The notes beneath the pieces are model-generated. The model was given only the letters and a program-made list of their open reading frames with translations. It searched no databases and was not told the DNA's origin. Position numbers and translations under genes: made by a program. Shown here one piece after another: positions 26,363-32,000 of a DNA stretch of 32,000 nt (positions are counted from its first letter, which is position 1; every line of letters begins with the position of its first letter). Source of the DNA: an uncultured Alphaproteobacteria bacterium (GTDB lineage Bacteria > Pseudomonadota > Alphaproteobacteria > Rs-D84 > CACZYB01); the NCBI GenBank assembly GCA_934246625.1, contig CAKQHZ010000001.1, forward strand, positions 480,001 through 512,000. The letters run 5' to 3'.

Positions 26363-26382
26363 TTATATATTATAATATATAA
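26363..26382. repeat. Perfect 20-bp AT-only palindrome (TTATATATTA|TAATATATAA)
   Basis: Read directly: the reverse complement of 26363-26372 equals 26373-26382. It lies 15 nt after the MotB-like stop and about 65 nt upstream of topA, and is followed by AATTTTT. It could be a weak terminator or an operator. Confidence 0.6.
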
Positions 26383-26448
26383 AATTTTTGGTTTGACTTT
26401 GCCTTTAAAATGGAGTTTTATATTATAGTTAATAAATGAGGTATTTTT

Positions 26449-29019
26449 ATGAAACTTTTAATAGTTGAGTCTCCTGCTAAATCAAAAACCATATCAAAAT
26501 ATGTTGGTTCAGATTTTGTTGTGGTTCCATCTGTTGGCCATGTTAGAGATTTGGATCCACATGATGGTGCAGTTGATGTCGATCATGGCTTTGCTATGAA
26601 ATGGGCTATTATGAAGGATAAAGAAAAGCAAATAAAGGAAATTGAAAAATATCTTAAAAAGTCCGAAGGGCTTTATCTTGCAACCGACCCTGATAGAGAA
26701 GGGGAGGCTATATCTTGGCATATAGTGGATATTTTGAAATCTCGTGGTGAACTTAACAAACCAATTCATCGTGTGGCTTTTCATGAAATTACAAAGTCTG
26801 CAGTGAACAAGGCTTTGACTGAACCTCGTGAAATTGATGATAAATTAGTTAATGCTTACCTTGCACGTCGTGCATTGGATTTCTTGGTGGGATTTAAACT
26901 TTCACCAGTGTTGTGGAGAAAGCTCCCTGGTTGTAAATCTGCGGGTCGTGTGCAATCAGTTGCACTAAGACTTATTTGTGATAGGGAAAGCGAAATTGAA
27001 ACTTTTGTAAAAAAAGAATATTGGTCAGTTGAAGGTAAATTTAAAACCAGTGAAGGTAAAACTTTTTCTGCAAAACTTTTTTCATATGACGGAAATAAAC
27101 TTGATAAATTTGATATTCCGAATCAAGAAAAGGCAAATGAAATTGTTGAAAAGTTGCTTTCTCAAGAATATCACGTTGGTAATATAGAACGTAAAAAGCA
27201 ACAAAGAAAACCTGTGGCTCCATTTACAACATCTACTTTGCAACAGGAAGCATCAAGAAAGTTAGGTTTTTCAGCAAAGCAAACTATGCAAATTGCACAA
27301 AAACTTTATGAAGGTGTTGATGTCGGTGGTGAAACAATTGGTTTGATTACCTATATGAGAACCGATTCCGTAAATCTTTCTCAGGAAGCATTGGTTGTTA
27401 TTCGTGATATGATTAAAAATGATTTTGGTGATGATTATTTACCAAAAAGTGCAGTATTTTATGATAACAAAAGTAAAAATGCACAAGAAGCTCACGAAGC
27501 GATTAGACCAACTTATGCAAATAAGACTCCTGCTATGGTAAAACCATATTTGGATCCAAATCAATTTAAACTTTATGAACTTATTTGGAAAAGAACAGTT
27601 GCATGTCAAATGGTGCCTGCTGAACTTAATTTAGTTGCGGCGGATATTGTTAATTCTGATAATACTTCTTTGTTCCGTGCGAATGGTTCAATGATTGCAT
27701 TTGATGGATTTATGAAACTTTATAAAGAAGATGTTGATGACAGTAGTGATGATGATGAAAATAAAATGCTTCCTACTATGTCAGAAGGTGATAATATCGG
27801 TAAAGAAGAAATTAAACCAGAACAACATTTTACTCAACCTCCTCCTCGATTTAGTGAGGCATCTCTTGTTAAAAAAATGGAAGAGCTTGGTATCGGTAGA
27901 CCATCAACTTATGCATCAATTCTTTCTGTTATTCAGGAAAGAAATTATGTTGTTTTGGAAAAGAAAAAGTTTGTTCCACAAGAACGTGGTAGAGTTGTTT
28001 CAGTTTTCCTTGAAAAATATTTTTCAAAATATGTCGAATATGATTTTACTGCATTTATGGAAAATGAACTTGATGAAATTTCAAATGGAAGAAAAAATTA
28101 TAAGGATGTTTTAGCAGAATTCTGGAGTGGCTTTAATTTAGCTATACAGGCTTCTGATGGTCTTTCAATGACAGAAATAACTAATGCGATTGATGAAGAG
28201 TTGGCTCCTCATTTCTTCCCTCCTCGTGCAGATGGAAGTGATCCTCGCAAATGTCCAGATTGTGAAAATGGAAGATTGGGAATTAAGATTGGTAAATTTG
28301 GTGGATTTATTGGTTGTTCAAATTATCCAGAATGTAAATATACAAAACCTTTGATTTTGAATGATGATAATAAAACCGCTGGTGAAACAGGTGAAGTTGT
28401 TAAATCAGATGGTCAAATACTTGGTCAAAATGATAAGGGTGAAAATGTATATCTTAAAAAGGGTCCTTATGGCGATTATTTGCAACTTGGTGAGACAATA
28501 AAGGGTGATGTAAGAGGTCCAATAAGAACTTCTATACCAAAAAATATTTCAATAGATGCTCTTACTTTGGAACGTGCGTTGTTCCTTCTTTCACTTCCTA
28601 AATCTATTGGATTTGATGATGGTGTGGAAGTGCAACTTGGTATTGGAAGATTTGGTCCTTATCTTAAAAAGGGTGATATTTATAAAAATATTCCAGCAAA
28701 TGTTGATTTGTTCACTGTGGATATTATGATGGCTCAAGAGCTTTTGAAAGGTGCCGTTGCAAAACCAAAGGGTAAAGAATTAGGACTTCACCCAAGTGAT
28801 AATAAACCAGTTGTTTATTTTTCAACTGGACGATATGGTCCGTATGTTCAACATAACAGAGTGTTTGCATCTGTGCCTGCAAATGTTGCGACTGAAGATA
28901 CTATTACTTTGGAATTGGCAGTTGAAAAACTTGCTCCAAAGGAACCTAAACCTGCAAAGGCAAAGGCGGATAAAAAACCAAAGGCAGAGGTTAAAGAAAA
29001 GCCTAGCCCCAAAAAGTAA
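26449..29019 (+). CDS. topA: DNA topoisomerase I (type IA)
   Basis: TOPRIM start MKLLIVESPAKSKTI, then ATDPDREGEAISWH, the active-site region GLITYMRTDS, one Cys4 zinc ribbon (CPDCENGRLG...CSNYPEC), cysteine-less C-terminal repeats (GRFGPYL, GRYGPYVQ) and a Lys-rich tail. Confidence 0.95.
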   Translation: MKLLIVESPAKSKTISKYVGSDFVVVPSVGHVRDLDPHDGAVDVDHGFAMKWAIMKDKEKQIKEIEKYLKKSEGLYLATDPDREGEAISWHIVDILKSRGELNKPIHRVAFHEITKSAVNKALTEPREIDDKLVNAYLARRALDFLVGFKLSPVLWRKLPGCKSAGRVQSVALRLICDRESEIETFVKKEYWSVEGKFKTSEGKTFSAKLFSYDGNKLDKFDIPNQEKANEIVEKLLSQEYHVGNIERKKQQRKPVAPFTTSTLQQEASRKLGFSAKQTMQIAQKLYEGVDVGGETIGLITYMRTDSVNLSQEALVVIRDMIKNDFGDDYLPKSAVFYDNKSKNAQEAHEAIRPTYANKTPAMVKPYLDPNQFKLYELIWKRTVACQMVPAELNLVAADIVNSDNTSLFRANGSMIAFDGFMKLYKEDVDDSSDDDENKMLPTMSEGDNIGKEEIKPEQHFTQPPPRFSEASLVKKMEELGIGRPSTYASILSVIQERNYVVLEKKKFVPQERGRVVSVFLEKYFSKYVEYDFTAFMENELDEISNGRKNYKDVLAEFWSGFNLAIQASDGLSMTEITNAIDEELAPHFFPPRADGSDPRKCPDCENGRLGIKIGKFGGFIGCSNYPECKYTKPLILNDDNKTAGETGEVVKSDGQILGQNDKGENVYLKKGPYGDYLQLGETIKGDVRGPIRTSIPKNISIDALTLERALFLLSLPKSIGFDDGVEVQLGIGRFGPYLKKGDIYKNIPANVDLFTVDIMMAQELLKGAVAKPKGKELGLHPSDNKPVVYFSTGRYGPYVQHNRVFASVPANVATEDTITLELAVEKLAPKEPKPAKAKADKKPKAEVKEKPSPKK

Positions 29020-29079
29020 TAGCTATTCTTACTTAAAATAAATCTTAAAAAATATAAACTAATATAAAGGAATTTAAAA

Positions 29080-29799
29080 ATGTCAGGTCATTCAAAATGG
29101 GCTAATATACAACATAGAAAAGGTGCCCAAGATAAAAAAAGAGGAAACTTATTTACTAAACTTGCAAAAGAAATTACTGTTGCAGCAAAACTTGGTGATC
29201 CAAATCCAGATATGAATCCAAGATTAAGATTGGCTGTGTTGGCTGCACGAAAAGAGTCTATGCCTAATGATAATATTAAGCGTGCTATACAAAAGGCTCT
29301 TCCAGGTAGTGGTGAAGGTGATTATTCAGAAATCAGATATGAAGGTTATGCTCCTGGTGGTATTTCTGTTATTGTTGAATGTTTAACAGATAATAAAAAC
29401 AGAAGTGCTTCTGATGTTCGTTCAATATTTTCAAAACATGGTGGAAACCTTGGTGAAACAAATTCTGTTTCATTTAATTTCGAACATATAGGTTTGTTTG
29501 TTTATAAAAAGGAAGTGTCTGATTTCGATACAATGTTTGAAACTGCTTTGGAAGGTGGTGCAAAAGATGTTGAGGAAGAAGATGATAGCTATATGATTAC
29601 TTGTGAAATTCCTGATTTTGCGAATCTTTCAAAAGCGTTGGAAAAATTTGGTGAACCAGAAAAGGCTGAAATCATTTGGCAACCAAAAATTTCTGTGCCA
29701 GTAAGTGGCGAATCTGCTGATAAAGTTGATAGATTTGTTGAAGCATTGGAAGATAATGATGATGTTCAAAAAGTCTATACAAATGCAGATTTTGAGTAA
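29080..29799 (+). CDS. yebC: YebC/PmpR (TACO1) family transcriptional/translational regulator
   Basis: MSGHSKWANIQHRKGAQDKKRGNLFTKLAKEITVAAKLG...NPRLRLAV is the invariant family N-terminus. 239 aa. Confidence 0.9.
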   Translation: MSGHSKWANIQHRKGAQDKKRGNLFTKLAKEITVAAKLGDPNPDMNPRLRLAVLAARKESMPNDNIKRAIQKALPGSGEGDYSEIRYEGYAPGGISVIVECLTDNKNRSASDVRSIFSKHGGNLGETNSVSFNFEHIGLFVYKKEVSDFDTMFETALEGGAKDVEEEDDSYMITCEIPDFANLSKALEKFGEPEKAEIIWQPKISVPVSGESADKVDRFVEALEDNDDVQKVYTNADFE

Positions 29800-29819
29800 T
29801 ATAATTTTATAGTTAAATA

Positions 29820-29853
29820 AAATCTCCGAGAATATCCACGGGGATTTTTTTAT
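29820..29853 (+). terminator. Candidate intrinsic terminator after yebC
   Basis: ATCTCCG pairs with CGGGGAT (7 bp with one G-U) around a 10-nt loop, followed by T7. Confidence 0.45.
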
Positions 29854-29987
29854 TTTTAAACTTTACATTATTTATTCAAGACGAAAATATCTGTAGTTGT
29901 GGTGATAAAGGTAATGAATGGGGTTCTGGAGGTGGAAAAGGTAGAGTTCGTATTTATCAAATTAACTAATACCCTTACCATTAACAC

Positions 29988-30016
29988 AAAAAATATCCCC
30001 TCGGTTGAGGGGTATT
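29988..30016. terminator. Hairpin terminator immediately downstream of the minus-strand VirB8-like gene
   Basis: CCCCTC (29997-30002) pairs with GAGGGG (30007-30012) around loop GGTT. Flanking ATA/TAT pairs carry one bulge. A T-run follows on the - strand (ATTTTTTGTG) and TTTTATTT on the + strand. Confidence 0.6.
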
Positions 30017-30739
30017 TTATTTCCTTATTTTTTCAAATGTGTTTATTTTAAATTCGAAAAGTGATGATGGGTTTATATTTACTATGTTCTTTACACTTGG
30101 AATATTTCGAAACCTTTGTAATGGTTCAATTTCCATATTGATTTCCCAATGTTCCTTTAATGCTTCGGATAATGAATTTGTTGATGGTGTTTTATATATA
30201 AACTCAACTTCTGTTTTCCATTTGTCCTTATATCTGTATGGCTCCTTTGTAATTTTGACTGAGCGTGTAGTATTTTCGTTTAAAAGTTTTATTATTTCGT
30301 TGTATTCGTTATTTTTTGCATTTTTGAATGATTGGTATGCTTGGTTGTTATATTCTCCAGTTAATAAGTTATAACTTGGAAGTTTTAAGATTGAGGCATA
30401 TATTGAATTTTCGTTTTTATCATTTATTCCTAAATCCCTTAACATCATATATTTTGAACCATTTACAGTATAACGAACGGTTATGTATTCCATAATTAGC
30501 TTTTTTGTAAAGTCTTCTATTTGAAGTTTTGAAAAGGCTTTACTTTTTAATGGAGTAATTTCAAATAATTCCTTTGAATTATCAAAATTGGAAATTATTA
30601 TAGGGTTAAGTTTGAAATTTGTGCTTTCAAGTTCTTGGTTTAAAACATTGCTTATGAATACGGATAACAATATGCTTGCAGTTCCGAAAATTGAAAGAAT
30701 AATCAAAGATAGTGCGGAAGTGTTAGAGTTTAATTTCAT
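30017..30739 (-). CDS. VirB8-like T4SS paralog (short cytoplasmic N-terminus)
   Basis: GAGGTG RBS. Single N-terminal TM (ALSLIILSIFGTASILLSVFI), a periplasmic domain of about 200 aa containing FTKKLIMEYITVRYT, and a C-terminal NINPSSLFEFKINTF echoing the VirB8 NP....v..Y/F motif. It overlaps the upstream gene by 17 nt. Confidence 0.5.
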   Translation of the reverse strand: MKLNSNTSALSLIILSIFGTASILLSVFISNVLNQELESTNFKLNPIIISNFDNSKELFEITPLKSKAFSKLQIEDFTKKLIMEYITVRYTVNGSKYMMLRDLGINDKNENSIYASILKLPSYNLLTGEYNNQAYQSFKNAKNNEYNEIIKLLNENTTRSVKITKEPYRYKDKWKTEVEFIYKTPSTNSLSEALKEHWEINMEIEPLQRFRNIPSVKNIVNINPSSLFEFKINTFEKIRK

Positions 30740-31628
30740 TTTGCACCTCTTTTATTTCAGTTTGTTTTTGTGTGTTATAATTTTTTAATATAAGTTCGTA
30801 ATTTGGGTTAAACATATAACTTAAACTTATAATCTTTTTTGTTCGAGGAGATGATTTCATTCCAGTGATTGTTATATATGATGTAATAACATCTTGGTTT
30901 ATGACTTTGTTATTTTGAAAATTTTCAAGTATGAAGTTGACCTTATACTCGTTTGTGATTTGAGTATCGGTTGTTGGTGAAATCCATTCTGATATTGTGC
31001 CGAAAAAAGATGTGTCATTTACTGTTTGTTGTGCTTGGATAAGTTCCATATCTAAAATAGTGATTGTTTGTGTAATACCATTTTGCACCATTATTTCATA
31101 AGTTGGTTTTTGATTTTGTAAAAATGAGCTGTAAATAGCGTTTGTTGAAAAGTTGCATATATAACATTTTTTTGTTATGTTTAAAAAGTCGGTGTTTTTT
31201 AAATTTGCATTTGTTGTGCAATCGCACCAATTTTCTTCGTTATCAACAAAGCGTTGTGATGTTGTGAAAGTTTTTGTTAAATATTCTCGAATCAAAAATT
31301 CAGAAAGGTATGTGTTTTCGGAAAGTTTCCTTATTTGTTGTGTGGGAATACCGTTTGTGCTGTTTAATTTTTTGAAACGAGTTTCATAAGTGTCCCAATA
31401 AATAAAATATGGTTTTATTTGTCGTGAGTATGCCTTTATGATTATGAATAGAGATATTATTATCGCAATTAAAATGAATAAAAAAGTTAATTTTGATAAC
31501 TTGTAAATTCCAAAAAGGTATTTACGTTCAGGAATTGATGCAATATCAACAGAAAATGGATATACGGGAAAATCGTTTTTATTTTCGGTTGATTGCCCAT
31601 TTGTTATATTGTTGCTTCTATTAACCAT
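30723..31628 (-). CDS. VirB8-like T4SS paralog (301 aa, Cys-containing periplasmic domain)
   Basis: A cytoplasmic N-terminus of about 45 aa, one TM (LTFLFILIAIIISLFIIIKAY), a periplasmic domain with EFLIREYLTKTFT, and a C-terminal MFNPNYELILKNY (NP.....l..Y). It overlaps the VirB7-like gene by 25 nt. Confidence 0.5.
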   Translation of the reverse strand: MVNRSNNITNGQSTENKNDFPVYPFSVDIASIPERKYLFGIYKLSKLTFLFILIAIIISLFIIIKAYSRQIKPYFIYWDTYETRFKKLNSTNGIPTQQIRKLSENTYLSEFLIREYLTKTFTTSQRFVDNEENWCDCTTNANLKNTDFLNITKKCYICNFSTNAIYSSFLQNQKPTYEIMVQNGITQTITILDMELIQAQQTVNDTSFFGTISEWISPTTDTQITNEYKVNFILENFQNNKVINQDVITSYITITGMKSSPRTKKIISLSYMFNPNYELILKNYNTQKQTEIKEVQNEIKL

Positions 31629-31786
31629 TCAGGTAAGCCTGGCTTTGTATCTACTTGAAGACAAGCACAAGGTGATATTTTTAATTCGTTTGCATCATAG
31701 CCAACACCAACAGGGTCTGTGTTATAAATTGAACCACTGCAACCTGAAATAAGTATAATTGTTAAAAGAGCTAATAATTTTTTCAT
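31604..31786 (-). CDS. Small lipoprotein, VirB7-like by size and position
   Basis: Strong AGGAGG RBS, lipobox LISGC|S, and a mature peptide of about 43 aa. It is the first gene of a translationally coupled trio with two VirB8-like genes. No sequence-level VirB7 motif could be confirmed. Confidence 0.45.
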   Translation of the reverse strand: MKKLLALLTIILISGCSGSIYNTDPVGVGYDANELKISPCACLQVDTKPGLPEWLIEATI

Positions 31787-31926
31787 ATTTCCTCCTATTT
31801 ATAAATATAAGGATACAAGATGCTTTTTGTTTGTGCAAGTTTTTTTTGATGATGTTTGCAATATTTTCCTTTATTTTCTTAAATTTTATTATAGACTTTT
31901 ATTTGTTAATTAAATGGAGTTTATTT

Positions 31927-32000
31927 ATGAAAAAATTGTTAAGAAAAATTTATGATTATGTTTTGTATTTAAGTGAAACAAAATATGCTATGGCTGTGTT
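31927..32000 (+). CDS. Start of a YqaA/DedA-superfamily membrane protein (partial)
   Basis: GGAG lies 7 nt upstream of the ATG at 31927. MKKLLRKIYDYVLYLSETKYAMAV resembles the conserved N-terminus of COG1238 YqaA proteins (..LRrLYDW.m.la....A.wal). Only 24 codons are visible. Confidence 0.4.
   Translation, partial: MKKLLRKIYDYVLYLSETKYAMAV

Noticed and set aside
26408-26418. The 11-mer AAATGGAGTTT recurs at 31912-31922, both upstream of + strand genes
   Set aside because: Many 11-mer repeats are expected by chance in 32 kb of low-complexity AT-rich DNA. At 31912-31922 it simply contains the RBS.
29940-29960. GAGTTCGTATT resembling a tRNA T-arm (GGTTCGAAT)
   Set aside because: No acceptor stem, D-arm or anticodon arm can be built around it, so there is no tRNA here.

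Overview
The window is AT-rich (about 30% G+C by eye), gene-dense and has no rRNA, tRNA, CRISPR or obvious mobile element. It looks like a host-associated alphaproteobacterium. Evidence for that is a GapR/DUF2312 gene and type IV secretion (T4SS) genes scattered in islets, as in the Rickettsiales rvh system. T4SS genes: partial virB2-like pilin (1-315, -), virB11 (5886-6851, +), virB8-virB9-virB10 plus a small secreted ORF (11567 down to 6852, -), and a virB7-like lipoprotein with two VirB8-like paralogs (31786 down to 30017, -). A complete N-type ATPase operon in the diagnostic order atpD-C-Q-R-B-E-F-A-G lies at 11731-18578, with no separate delta gene. Housekeeping genes: tsaB, an LptF/G-family permease, rbfA, gapR, pyk, topA, yebC, a DUF192 gene and a PAS/degenerate-GGDEF protein. 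Best candidate for an undescribed system: a self-contained four-gene operon (22957-26348). It encodes a MotA/ExbB/TolQ-family channel protein with a long helical tail, two soluble proteins with no motifs I recognise, and a MotB-type coiled-coil OmpA-domain anchor. It has no flagellar, Tol-Pal or TonB context in this window. Other notable points are a VirB9 fused to a C-terminal SPOR-like domain, an enlarged VirB10 with an Ig-like insert and acidic tract, and an N-ATPase c subunit with a second carboxylate plus the full Na+-site motif. All functional calls rest on motifs read from the translations. No database search was possible.
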